Below are positions 1 through 9,425 of a DNA stretch of 23,732 nucleotides, in pieces. Numbering within the stretch: the first letter of the stretch is position 1; each line of letters opens with the position of its first letter. The DNA is from Candidatus Velthaea sp. Lineage in GTDB: Bacteria > Vulcanimicrobiota > Vulcanimicrobiia > Vulcanimicrobiales > Vulcanimicrobiaceae. A program made the position numbers and the translations under genes. The notes under the pieces are model-generated. The model saw only the letters and a list, made by a program, of their open reading frames with translations. It was not told the DNA's origin and did no database searches. The stretch covers positions 1-23,732 of the forward strand of contig JBEKHC010000083.1 in NCBI GenBank assembly GCA_050012475.1. The letters are read 5' to 3'.

Positions 1-1386
1 CCGGTCCGCCAGCCAAGCCGGATAGTACGCGCTGTAGTCTTCGGGCCAACCGGTCACGACGATGCGCCGGCCAAGGTCCTTTTCCACGTACGCCGCGTAG
101 GCCAGCGGCGTGGCGTACATCCACGGTGCAACGACGATTGCATTCGCCGGCGTTTCGCGCACGACGCGCGCGATGAATTGCCGCGCCGAATCGTCTTGCG
201 TGATAAAAAACGCGCCGCGATTCGCGTACGCGTCGGCGCCGGCGACGAACAGCATCAGCGCGCTGAGCACGGCGATGAGCGCGCGCGGCGCGACGTGCAG
301 GCCGCCGCGCGCGAGCAGCTGAGCGCCGGCACCCAGGAACAGTGCGATCGCCCAGTAGGACGGCAGAAAATAGCGTTCGGGATCCGACTCCGCCGGATAC
401 GCCAACACGAAGAGCACGGGCAGGAACGAGCCGGCGAACAGGCCCACACCCGCTGCGGGCATCTGGCGCACCACGGCCACCGCGCCGACCAGCGCGATGA
501 GCATCACGCCGCCTGCCAAGTCGCCGATTGCCGCTTGGCCGTACCCGGTGGGCAACGCGCGCAGCACTGCCGGATCGGCCAGCCGCGCGAGCGCGCCGGG
601 AGCGCCGAATTCACCGCCGCCGACCTCGGCGCGAAAGCCCGCCCAGGTCGAGGGATGATCCGCGTCCCAGAACGGGCGCCCCGGGGGCAGCCCCAGCGCG
701 AGGGTCGGATCCAGCCGTTGGGCGTAGACGACCGCGCTGCGCACCGGCAAGTAGGCATAGCAGGCGGCGACGATCGCCGTCCCTAGGCCCAGACAGGCGG
801 CAGCCTGACGCAGCGACGGCCGGCGGCCGAAAGCTGCCAACGCGATGCCCGGGACGACCAGTACCATGCCGCTGTGGATGGACAGGGCCAGCGCGGCCGC
901 GATTGCGCAGCCGACCAGAGCCGACACCGAGCCGGTGCGGTCCCAGCGCAGCGCCGCCCAAAAAGCCGCCGCCACCGCGGCGAGCGCCAGCGGGTGGACG
1001 TCGGCGTAGACCGCGTGTTGCCAGGGCACCCGGGTCACCGCGAAGACCAGCGCCGCGCTGCAGGCGAGGACGGGGCTAACCGCCAGCTCGAGCAGGGTGG
1101 CTGCCAAAGCCAGGGCCGCGCCCGCCATCGCGACTGCCGAGAGGACGTTCATCCGGTACGCCGGGTCGCCGAACGGCACGGCGTGCGACCACACCCAGCC
1201 GATGAGGACGTACGCCGGGAAGCCCGATGGGTGGGCGATCCCCAAGATGTACGGCACGGTCTGCAGTTCGCCGGTGTCCCAATACTCGACGCCCGATTGC
1301 AATGTAGCGACATAAATCGCAAGCGGGACCACGAATGCGAATGCCAGCGCGACCGTAGGACCGAACGGACGAAGGCGGTAGGTCAA
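1..1386 (-). CDS. DUF2723 / TMEM260-like membrane protein (putative GT-C glycosyltransferase), 3' end runs off the window
   Basis: Manual translation from TTG at 1386 gives MTYRLRPFGPTVALAFAFVVPLAIYVATLQSGVEYWDTGELQTVPYILGIAHPSGFPAYVLIG..., carrying the WDxGE...LGIxHPxGxPxY DUF2723 motif and hydrophobic segments. The same frame reads ...WMYATPLAYAAYVEKDLGRRIVV... at the window start. It is absent from the ORF track, consistent with its stop lying outside the window. Confidence 0.85.
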   Translation of the reverse strand, partial: MTYRLRPFGPTVALAFAFVVPLAIYVATLQSGVEYWDTGELQTVPYILGIAHPSGFPAYVLIGWVWSHAVPFGDPAYRMNVLSAVAMAGAALALAATLLELAVSPVLACSAALVFAVTRVPWQHAVYADVHPLALAAVAAAFWAALRWDRTGSVSALVGCAIAAALALSIHSGMVLVVPGIALAAFGRRPSLRQAAACLGLGTAIVAACYAYLPVRSAVVYAQRLDPTLALGLPPGRPFWDADHPSTWAGFRAEVGGGEFGAPGALARLADPAVLRALPTGYGQAAIGDLAGGVMLIALVGAVAVVRQMPAAGVGLFAGSFLPVLFVLAYPAESDPERYFLPSYWAIALFLGAGAQLLARGGLHVAPRALIAVLSALMLFVAGADAYANRGAFFITQDDSARQFIARVVRETPANAIVVAPWMYATPLAYAAYVEKDLGRRIVVTGWPEDYSAYYPAWLADR

Positions 1387-1404
1387 ACGCGTGCAACTAC
1401 GCCC

Positions 1405-3009
1405 ATGATGCAGTCAAGCCTTCCCCACGCACCGCGTGTCGTCATCGCCGAACAATTTGCCGAACGAGGTCTCGCGGTCTTACGCGAGCACGGGATCGAT
1501 ATCGACTCCCAAGTTGGACGAACGCGAGCCGAACTCGTGCATGCGCTCGCCGAGGCTGACGGACTGATCGTCCGTTCGGAAACGCGCGTCGATCGCGACT
1601 TGCTCGCTGCCGGTCCAAAACTGACGGTCGTGGCGCGCGCCGGCGTCGGTGTCGACGCCATCGACGTTGAAGCCGCGACCGACGCCGGCATCATCGTGCT
1701 CAACACGCCCGGCGCGAACACGATCGCCGCGACGGAACAAACCTTCGCGCTGATGCTCTCGCTCGTGCGCTTCACGCCCTCGGCAGTGCAGTCGCTGCGC
1801 GAAGGCAAATGGGATCGCAAACCGTTCATCGGCACGGAGCTGTTCGGCAAGACGCTGGGCATCGTGGGCTTGGGCCGGATCGGCGGCAACGTCGCCCTGC
1901 GCGCCCGCGCTTTCGGCATGAACGTCATCACGCACGATCCGTACATCAGCGCCGCGCGGGCCGAAGCCTTCGACGCCAAGCTCGTCGGGATCGAGACGCT
2001 GCTCAAGACCGCCGACGTCATCTCGCTGCACGTGCCGCTGACCAATCAAACGCTGGGGATGATCGACGCGGCGAAACTCGCGCTGCTGCAGCCGCATGCC
2101 GTGGTCGTGAACTGCGCGCGCGGCGGCGTCATCGTGGAACGCGATCTGCTCGCCGCACTCGACGCCGGCGTCTTGGCCGGGGCGGCGATCGACGTCGTTG
2201 CCGAGGAGCCGCCGCCGCCCGGCGGGACGGGCGCGCTGCTGCATCGTCACCCCAAGGTCTTCGCAACGCCGCATCTGGGCGGCTCGACCCATGAGGCGCT
2301 CGAACGGATCGCGACCGAATTGGCTCACGATGTCGCCCGCGTGCTGCTGGGCAGCCCAGCCAACGCTGCGGTCAACGCGCCCGTTCCCGACGGCCCCGAA
2401 GCCGCCCGCGTCCTGCCGTTCGTCGACGTGGCGTATCGCATGGGGCGCTTCTATCCGCAGTTCGCGCAAGAAACGCAGCTGCCGAATTTCGCGCTGACGC
2501 TGCAGGGCGAGATCGCGGAAGCGCCGCCTGAGCCGCTCGTCCGCGCCTTTCTCTCGGGTCTGCTGCAGACCACGACCGATCGCCGTGTTTCGATCGTCAA
2601 CGCCGACTCGATCGCGCACGAACTGGGTGTGCACATCGATGCCCACGGCGAACGCGGAACCTCGATTTACGCCAGCTCGCTGCGGATCTCGGGCGGGCAA
2701 ACGTCGATTACCGGCACGTCGGTGAACGGTTCGGCGCGCATCGTCGAGGTCGACGGCTACGAGATCGACGCCACGCCAGTGGGCGCGATGCTCATTACCC
2801 AGCATCGCGACGTTCCCGGAATGATCGGCAAAGTCGGCACGCTGCTCGGCCAGCAAAACGTCAACATCTCGACCATGCAGGTCTCGCGCAATGCCATCGG
2901 CGGCGACGCGATCATGGTCCTGTCGGTCGACCGGCCCGCCGACGAAGCGACGATCAATGCGCTGCGCACGGTCTCGGGCATCAACTCGGTGCGTTCGCTG
3001 GCGATTTAG
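1405..3009 (+). CDS. serA: D-3-phosphoglycerate dehydrogenase (long form with ASB and ACT domains)
   Basis: Motifs RAGVGVDAID, GKTLGIVGLGRIGG, VNCARGG and TPHLGGST, plus a C-terminal ACT domain (HRDVPGMIGKVGTLLG..NI). Start placed at ATG 1405 because the upstream part of ORF 874 is antisense to the DUF2723 gene. Confidence 0.95.
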   Translation: MMQSSLPHAPRVVIAEQFAERGLAVLREHGIDIDSQVGRTRAELVHALAEADGLIVRSETRVDRDLLAAGPKLTVVARAGVGVDAIDVEAATDAGIIVLNTPGANTIAATEQTFALMLSLVRFTPSAVQSLREGKWDRKPFIGTELFGKTLGIVGLGRIGGNVALRARAFGMNVITHDPYISAARAEAFDAKLVGIETLLKTADVISLHVPLTNQTLGMIDAAKLALLQPHAVVVNCARGGVIVERDLLAALDAGVLAGAAIDVVAEEPPPPGGTGALLHRHPKVFATPHLGGSTHEALERIATELAHDVARVLLGSPANAAVNAPVPDGPEAARVLPFVDVAYRMGRFYPQFAQETQLPNFALTLQGEIAEAPPEPLVRAFLSGLLQTTTDRRVSIVNADSIAHELGVHIDAHGERGTSIYASSLRISGGQTSITGTSVNGSARIVEVDGYEIDATPVGAMLITQHRDVPGMIGKVGTLLGQQNVNISTMQVSRNAIGGDAIMVLSVDRPADEATINALRTVSGINSVRSLAI

Positions 3010-3013
3010 CCCG

Positions 3014-3646
3014 GTGCGTGTCTATGTCGCGCGGCACGGCGAGACGACGTGGAATCTCGCCGGGCGCTATCAAGGCCGGCGTGAATCGGCTTTAACGGCC
3101 TTGGGCGTGCAGCAAGGCTTCGCATTGGCGGAAGCGTTCGCGCACTCGCAGCCGCGCGTCGAACGCATCGTCGCCAGTCCCCTGCTGCGCTGCAATGCCA
3201 CCGCGCGGTTCGTCGGCGACCGCCTGAACCTGTCCGTCGAAAGCGATGACCGGCTGCTGGAGATCGCCCACGGAACCTGGGAAGGCCGGCTGCGCGACGA
3301 GATCGCCGCCGATGACCCCGATCGCTTTCGGGCCTGGAAAGAACTGCCTGGCCAGGTCGGATTCGAGGGCGGGGAAACGCTCGAACAGGTGCGCGCGCGC
3401 TGGCAAAACTTCGCGGCATCGTTTCCGGACGGCGGCCCGGCGTTGGTGGTGACCCACGATGCGGTCGTGCGAGTCGCGATCCTGACCGCGCAAGACCGTT
3501 CCCTCGACGAATTGTGGAATGTCGACGTCGAGAACGCCGGCTTCGCCGAATTCGAGGTCGCCGCCGGCCGTTGGACGCTCGTGCGCGAGAACGTCAACGA
3601 ACATCTCACCGGCCTGCAGGCCTCAATCGGCGGTCAAGCGCTTTAG
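3014..3646 (+). CDS. Histidine phosphatase family protein, probable metal-independent phosphoserine phosphatase (PspA/iPSP type)
   Basis: GTG start 4 nt after the serA stop. Motifs RHGETTWN..GRYQG, SPLLR, EIAHGTWEG, VTHD and C-terminal NxxxHL. Confidence 0.85.
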   Translation: MRVYVARHGETTWNLAGRYQGRRESALTALGVQQGFALAEAFAHSQPRVERIVASPLLRCNATARFVGDRLNLSVESDDRLLEIAHGTWEGRLRDEIAADDPDRFRAWKELPGQVGFEGGETLEQVRARWQNFAASFPDGGPALVVTHDAVVRVAILTAQDRSLDELWNVDVENAGFAEFEVAAGRWTLVRENVNEHLTGLQASIGGQAL

Positions 3647-3695
3647 CGGCACGCATTTCCAGCGGTCCGTGCTCCCCGGCGCGCCGGCCGCAAAC

Positions 3696-4175
3696 TTATT
3701 CTTCGCCGTCGAAATAGTCCAAGGGTTCGGAGCGAATGAGCCGGCGCTCGGGGCTGCGCACTGCCCATTTGTCGCTGTCCGGAAAGTAATTGGACTCGCC
3801 GATCGGATTGTCGGCGACGACATACAGCACCAGGTCGACGCTGCCATCGTTGGTGATTTGATGCGCTTCGCCGGGCTTGAAGAGGAACGCGTCGCCGGTT
3901 TCGATCGCAGTGGTTCCCTCGGCGTGCCGAACGACGCCGCCGCCCGAGATGACGTGATAGAATTCCCACTGCGCGCTGTGCGAATGATAGATATACGGCG
4001 TCGCTCCGGGCGCAACGCGGCAGATCTCCACATCGAACGGATGGCGCTCGTCGAGATTGCGCGACGTGGGGACTCGGCCCAGCGCTTCGGAGATCTGCTT
4101 TCCGGCGCCCGCGAAGCGACCTTTGGGCGACGACCACGAGATCTCTGCGACATCGGCAGTATTGACCTTGCGCAT
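3696..4175 (-). CDS. Cupin domain protein
   Basis: MRKVNTADVAE... with cupin motifs YHSHSAQWEFYHVISG and GDAFLFKPGEAHQITN. Start at ATG 4175. Confidence 0.85.
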   Translation of the reverse strand: MRKVNTADVAEISWSSPKGRFAGAGKQISEALGRVPTSRNLDERHPFDVEICRVAPGATPYIYHSHSAQWEFYHVISGGGVVRHAEGTTAIETGDAFLFKPGEAHQITNDGSVDLVLYVVADNPIGESNYFPDSDKWAVRSPERRLIRSEPLDYFDGEE

Positions 4176-4192
4176 GTACTCGCCGCCTTTCG

Positions 4193-4954
4193 TTAGCGGT
4201 CGACCTCGGACCGGCCCGGCGGGGCCTTGGCCGGAGCCGGCGCTTGCGCCGCCGGGATCTCCGGCGCGAGCGCGTGCGCGGCGGGCCGGCGGTTCTGCGT
4301 GAAGGTCGAGTCCGGGAGCGTCAGCGGGAAGCGGTACGTGTAGAAGGTGAGCTTCTCGGTCGCCGATGCAGCGGTAACCGTCGCCCGCGCGGTTGCCACG
4401 TACGGCACCCACCAGCGCGCGTTCAAGCCGAACGTGATCGTGCCGGCACCTTCGTTCATCCCCGTCGCGAAGCCGATGCTCAGCGGCAAAAAGCGGACGC
4501 CGTCGATCGCGATATCGGTAACGGCGAACGGCCGCGCGGCATTGGGCGTCAAGCGGAACACGTAGTCCAGGTGGTGACCGTCTTTGCGCGGCCCGACGTA
4601 GGCGAAGGTGTAGTTCGCCGCGCGCGGCGCCAGTGACGTCACCGTGTACCGATTGCGCCGGCCGCGAAAGATGCGCACTTTGGGCGGACTCAGACGCTTT
4701 CCGTCGACGGTCAGCGTCTCATCGCGCTCGTCGTTCCCGTTGCGAAATACGCGGTGAGTTTGAAGCGTGTTGCGCAATCCGGTCTGCTCGATCTTGTAGT
4801 CGAACGTAAGCACGCGCGGCTCGGTCACTTTTTTTAGCGCCGCTTCGTAACGGGCGAGGACGACGGCGGGCGCGACTTCGGGGAACTCCGGAGCTGCCGC
4901 CGGCGCCGCGGGCCCGGCGATGATTTGGGCCAGCGACAGCAGCATGGCGATCAC
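4193..4954 (-). CDS. Hypothetical exported, beta-rich protein
   Basis: 253-aa ORF whose GTG start overlaps the alaS stop (GTGA). Hydrophobic/Ala-Pro N-terminus; alternative ATG at 4945. Confidence 0.7.
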   Translation of the reverse strand: MIAMLLSLAQIIAGPAAPAAAPEFPEVAPAVVLARYEAALKKVTEPRVLTFDYKIEQTGLRNTLQTHRVFRNGNDERDETLTVDGKRLSPPKVRIFRGRRNRYTVTSLAPRAANYTFAYVGPRKDGHHLDYVFRLTPNAARPFAVTDIAIDGVRFLPLSIGFATGMNEGAGTITFGLNARWWVPYVATARATVTAASATEKLTFYTYRFPLTLPDSTFTQNRRPAAHALAPEIPAAQAPAPAKAPPGRSEVDR

Positions 4955-7557
4955 GCGATTGCGCGGCGCATCGCCGCCAGCGCGGCTTCGGCGCCGGCGA
5001 CATTCTTGCCGCCGCCTTGGGCTTGCGCCGGCGCGCCGCCGCCTTTGCCGCCCACGAGCGGCGCTGCCGCGCGGACCAGATTTCCGGCGTGCACGCCGGC
5101 CTTCACCGCGTCATCGCTGGCGCTTGCGAACAGCGTCGCCGTCTCGCCATCGATCCCGACCAGCGCAATGACGCCGCTGCGGAGCCGCGAGCGGATCGCA
5201 CCGGCCAGCGTCCGCACGGCCTGCGCATCTGCTTCGGGAACGACGGCCGCGACAAGCGTCGTTCCGTTCACTTGCTCGGCGCGCTCAACATAGGCTTTGG
5301 CGTCGGCCGACGCCAGCCGAACGTTTATTTCAGCCAGCGCTTTCTGCAGATCGCGCACGTCGGTCTGCAGACGGTTGACGCGCACGACGAGCTCGTCGGG
5401 CTTCGCCGACAGCGTTTCGGCAAGTTCGGCAACCACGTCTTGCTGGTTTTCAACGTACGATTCGGCGGCCTTCGAGACGACGGCTTCGATCCGGCGCACG
5501 CCGCTGCCGATCGACGCTTCACTCAACAGCAAAAACAGGCCGAGTTCGCCGGTCGTGACGGCGTGCGTTCCGCCGCAGAATTCGACCGCCGGTCCGGCTT
5601 TCACGACCCGCACGAGTTCGCCGTACTTCTCTCCGGCCATCGAGATTGCGCCGCTCTGCAGCGCCTGCTCGATCGGGAGCTCCTGCGTTTCGAGCTGGTA
5701 GTCGGCCCGGATGAGCTCGTTGACCCGCTGTGTCACCGCGCGCTTCTGGACCGGGCTGAGCGCGCCGGACGGACTGCGGAAATCAAAGCGCATGCGATCC
5801 ACGCCGACCCACGAACCGGCCTGAACGACCTCATCGCCGAGAACGTCGCGCAAAGCACGCTGCAAGAGATGCGCCGAGGTATGGTGGCGACGGATCTCCT
5901 CGCGCCACACCGGATCGACGCGCGTGCGCACCACTCCGCCGACGGAGAACGAACCGCTGACGACCCGCCCGATGTGCGCGATCGCTTCGCCGGCGTATTG
6001 CGTGTCGGTGACCTCGAACGATCCGTCGTCGCCCGTGATCGTTCCGCGATCACCGATTTGGCCGCCTTTTTCGGCATAGAACGAGGTCCGGTCGAGGATG
6101 AGCTGCCCGCGGGCGCCGGCCTCGAGCACGTCGACCGGGGCTCCGTCGATGAGGATCGAGACCACCGTCCCGCCCGTTTCCAAACCGGCGTACCCCTCGA
6201 ACGTGCTGCGCAGCGCCGGCAGATCGGCGACGCTCACGACGGCGCGTTTTGCGCGCGCGTCGGCGCGCGCGCGCTCGCGCTGTTCGTTCATCTTCGCTTC
6301 AAAACTAGCGCTGTCGACCGCGACGCCGCGCTCGGCGGCGATTTCGCGCGTCAGCTCCGACGGAAAACCAGCCGTGTCGTGCAAGCGAAAAACGCTTTCG
6401 CCGTCGAGCCGCGCGCTGCCGTCGGCGAGCGCCGCGGCGATGAGACCCTCGAGCATCTCGGAGCCGCGGTCGAGGGTCCGCACGAAGGTTTGCTCTTCGA
6501 GCCGCAACGCGTTCTGCACGTCGCCCAGGCGCTTGTCCAAGAACGGATAGCCCGACCGCAACGACGCGGTGACCGCGCCGGCGAGTTGGGCCAGGAACTC
6601 CTTGGGGTAGCCCAACAAGCGTCCGTTGCGAATCGCGCGGCGGATCAAGAAGCGCAGCACGTAGCCGCGATCGGTATTCGACGGATAGACGCCGTCGGCG
6701 ATCAGAAACGTGACGGCCCGGGCATGATCGGCGATGATGTTGCGTCGCACGAGCTGCTCGGCCGGCGCCAGGGTCGTCGCGCCGACCGCGGGCTGAGCGG
6801 CAATGAGATCGGCGAACAAATCCGTTTCGTACATCGACGCTTTGCCGTTGACGACCGCCAGCATCCGCTCAAACCCGGCGCCTGTATCGATGTTCTTCGA
6901 AGGCAGCTCCGTGAGCGCACCGTTGCTCGCGCGATCGTACTGCTGAAACACCAAGTTCCAAACTTCGACGTAGCGGTTGCCCAAGTTCGGTCCGGTGTCG
7001 CCGGGTCCGGCCGCGTTGGCCTCACCGGTGTCGTAGAAGATCTCCGAACACGGACCGCACGGCCCCGTCGGACCCATCGTCCAAAAGTTGTCCTCGTCCC
7101 AGCGCGTGATCCGGTCCGGCGTCAAGCCGACTTCGGTTTCCCACAGCCGCTGCGCCTCGTCGTCGCCGACATGCACGGTGACGTACAGCTTGTGCCGCTC
7201 AAGCCTGAGCACGCCGGTGAGGAAATCCCAAGCGAAACGGATCGCTTCGCGCTTGTAGTAGTCGCCGAAGCTGAAATTGCCGAGCATCTCGAGGAAGGTT
7301 CCGTGGCGTCCGGTCCGGCCGACGTTCTCGATGTCGCTCTTCGCCCCGGCGACGCGCAAGCAGCGCTGCACGGTCACCGCACGCGGGGCGGGCGCGGGGA
7401 CCTCGCCTAGGAAGGCCGGAACGAACGGTTCCATCCCGGCGATCGTAAAGAGCGTGGTCGACATCGCATCCGGAATGAGGCTGGCCGAAGCGACGTGCGC
7501 ATGGCCGCGCTGGACGAAAAAGTCGACGAACGCGGCGCGAAGTTCACCAGATGTCAT
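4951..7557 (-). CDS. alaS: Alanine--tRNA ligase
   Basis: MTSGELRAAFVDFF start; motifs LFTIAGM, HGTFLEMLGNFSFGDYYK, GPCGPCSEI, IDTGAGFER; editing motifs HHTSAH and CGGTH; C-Ala GGKGGG. Confidence 0.97.
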   Translation of the reverse strand: MTSGELRAAFVDFFVQRGHAHVASASLIPDAMSTTLFTIAGMEPFVPAFLGEVPAPAPRAVTVQRCLRVAGAKSDIENVGRTGRHGTFLEMLGNFSFGDYYKREAIRFAWDFLTGVLRLERHKLYVTVHVGDDEAQRLWETEVGLTPDRITRWDEDNFWTMGPTGPCGPCSEIFYDTGEANAAGPGDTGPNLGNRYVEVWNLVFQQYDRASNGALTELPSKNIDTGAGFERMLAVVNGKASMYETDLFADLIAAQPAVGATTLAPAEQLVRRNIIADHARAVTFLIADGVYPSNTDRGYVLRFLIRRAIRNGRLLGYPKEFLAQLAGAVTASLRSGYPFLDKRLGDVQNALRLEEQTFVRTLDRGSEMLEGLIAAALADGSARLDGESVFRLHDTAGFPSELTREIAAERGVAVDSASFEAKMNEQRERARADARAKRAVVSVADLPALRSTFEGYAGLETGGTVVSILIDGAPVDVLEAGARGQLILDRTSFYAEKGGQIGDRGTITGDDGSFEVTDTQYAGEAIAHIGRVVSGSFSVGGVVRTRVDPVWREEIRRHHTSAHLLQRALRDVLGDEVVQAGSWVGVDRMRFDFRSPSGALSPVQKRAVTQRVNELIRADYQLETQELPIEQALQSGAISMAGEKYGELVRVVKAGPAVEFCGGTHAVTTGELGLFLLLSEASIGSGVRRIEAVVSKAAESYVENQQDVVAELAETLSAKPDELVVRVNRLQTDVRDLQKALAEINVRLASADAKAYVERAEQVNGTTLVAAVVPEADAQAVRTLAGAIRSRLRSGVIALVGIDGETATLFASASDDAVKAGVHAGNLVRAAAPLVGGKGGGAPAQAQGGGKNVAGAEAALAAMRRAIA

Positions 7558-7644
7558 AGCAGCCGAAGAAGGTTCAAAGCCGAGCGGGAAAGGCCCTACC
7601 GGTCGGGGATGATGGCCTGCAGCACGACCGGGTGCTCGCTCTGC

Positions 7645-8193
7645 GCCCGCGTCCTTCGCTGCGTACATCGCGGCATCGGCGTATTGAAGCAGACTATCGG
7701 CGTCGGACCCGTCGCAAGGATAGACCGCGACGCCGATACTGGCCGTAATGCGCAGCTCCGGAACGTGCGCGATGACGAACGGTTCCGCGAGCGCCGCCAG
7801 CATTTTTTCCGCCACGCGCTCGGCGTCGGTTTCGCCGGGCGACGAAATCGTCGCGCCGCACGCACGACTGCATGCGCCCGGGCAGCCGTCTGCAGAATCC
7901 GATCGCCGGTCTGGTGACCGAAGGTGTCGTTAAACGATTTGAACCGGTCGATATCGATGAACAGCAATCGCCATCATCGAACCCTCGCGTTTGGCATCGC
8001 GAAACGTCCGCTGCGGCATTTGTCCGAAGCGTGCGATCGGCAATTTGGTCAGCGTATCGTGATGGGCGAGAAAGAGCGTGCGCTCCTCGGCGCGGCGTCG
8101 CTCGATGGCACGCGAGCGCTTACCGATCCGCGAACGAACGTTCCGTGCCGTCTTGAAGTCGTGCGCCGACCAGCTCGAACCCTGTCCGCGCAC
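7645..8193 (-). pseudogene. Degenerate GGDEF diguanylate cyclase gene (frameshifts, signature motif deleted)
   Basis: Fragments across frames: ERRRAEERTLFLAHHDTLTKLP; LFIDIDRFKSFNDTFGHQTGDRILQ; RMQSCVRRDDFVAR; ETDAERVAEKML..ITASIGVAVYP.DG..ADSLLQYADAAMYAAK. No GGDEF motif follows FVAR. Confidence 0.85.
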
Positions 8194-8468
8194 GATCTGC
8201 TCTTGCTCCTCGTTGATTCGATCGTTGCAAAGTCTTAATAGTTAGAGCATGTTGATTCGAACAGCGCTCAACGCGGCTACGTCGTCAACGCGACCAAGCC
8301 GTTCCGCTTTCATGCCCGAGAGCTCCAAGGGGTATTCGCGCTGACGATTCTCGCTGATTCCACGTGCCGGAGACGTGGGCACCAGCTGCGCGAACTTTTG
8401 GTTAAGTCGGAGCTCGGCACTTTGGGCCGCGATGCATCGGCTTTCCGCAAACGTCCGATACCTCCAGC

Positions 8469-9425
8469 ATGGTGCTGCTCGGGATCTTCGCGTTTTGCCT
8501 GACGATCCTCACCGTCTTGGGGCTGATCAGCGGCTGGATTTTTCTGCTCCCGCGCAACCATCGTCCGCGGGGGAAACGGCCCGAGACGACGTGTCGCTTC
8601 GCCTCGGCGGGGATGGGCGGACGCCATATATGGTTTACCGTTTCCCTGAATCGCTGCCTCAACGTCGGAACGTCGGAAAGCGGCTTGTTCCTGGCGCTGT
8701 TTTTTCCGTTCGGCCTGGTGTCGCGACCGTTGCTCGTTCCCTGGGATCGCGTTCGATTTGCCGGCCGGTCGCGATTTCTCTGGGGCCGGTACGACCGCTA
8801 CGCCTTGGGCGACGGCGCGTGGCCCCAGATCCACCTCTCGACCGATTCGGCGGCCGGGCTGCTGGTCGCGCGGAGCTACGCGCGGTACAGCGCAAGCCCA
8901 GGGCCGGCGCCGGCACTGCTCGCGCGGCGCTGGCCGCTGCAGTACGAAATTGCGGGCGCAGCAGCCGCAGCACTATTGAGCGCCAGCGTTGCGTTTGCGG
9001 TGGTCGAAAACGTTCTGGCGATTCAAACCGGAATCGTCCAACACGATCGAGCGACGTATACCCAGTCGACGACGGCTGCGGTTGTCGGCACCGACGCTGA
9101 CTTTCACAATGCGCCCATATATCGATACGCCGTGGGCGGCGTACCCTACGCAGGTCATGCGTGGCGAACGTACGATGCGCGATCGGGGCGACCATTCGCG
9201 GTCGGCGACAGGTTGCGGATTTCGTATAACCCCGCCAATCCCGCTGATTCAACCGCGCGCGCGCTGCCCACGATCGACGATATCGAGATCATCAACCGCC
9301 AGTTACGCAGGGCGCCCGTGGTGGCGGCAGCGGCAGTGTTTAGCAGCGCGCTGTGGTCGATTTTCGCGGGCCGGCGTCGCGAAGCCCGCGCGCGCTATTT
9401 CGGCGCGAACTCGCTTTCCGGATAG
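8469..9425 (+). CDS. Hypothetical membrane protein with C-terminal DUF3592-like region
   Basis: 318-aa ORF with 3-4 hydrophobic segments. PIYRYAVGGVPY...VGDRLRISYNPANP resembles the DUF3592 pattern. Confidence 0.6.
   Translation: MVLLGIFAFCLTILTVLGLISGWIFLLPRNHRPRGKRPETTCRFASAGMGGRHIWFTVSLNRCLNVGTSESGLFLALFFPFGLVSRPLLVPWDRVRFAGRSRFLWGRYDRYALGDGAWPQIHLSTDSAAGLLVARSYARYSASPGPAPALLARRWPLQYEIAGAAAAALLSASVAFAVVENVLAIQTGIVQHDRATYTQSTTAAVVGTDADFHNAPIYRYAVGGVPYAGHAWRTYDARSGRPFAVGDRLRISYNPANPADSTARALPTIDDIEIINRQLRRAPVVAAAAVFSSALWSIFAGRRREARARYFGANSLSG

Noticed and set aside
874..1404. N-terminal 177-aa extension of SerA in the ORF track
   Set aside because: It is an Arg-rich antisense shadow of the DUF2723 gene; SerA similarity starts near 1405.
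4176..4412. N-terminal extension of the cupin ORF
   Set aside because: Overlaps the upstream gene in another frame; the cupin-like sequence starts at ATG 4175.
5017..7410. 797-aa plus-strand ORF and similar long antisense ORFs (1480..2856, 21063..22673)
   Set aside because: Typical high-GC shadow ORFs opposite well-supported genes.
7558..7700. T-box leader for alaS
   Set aside because: No T-box consensus or terminator; the region is GGDEF remnant.
4951..7815. GGDEF-AlaRS fusion protein
   Set aside because: The extension is only the catalytically empty tail of a frameshifted pseudogene; the canonical AlaRS N-terminus is at 7557.
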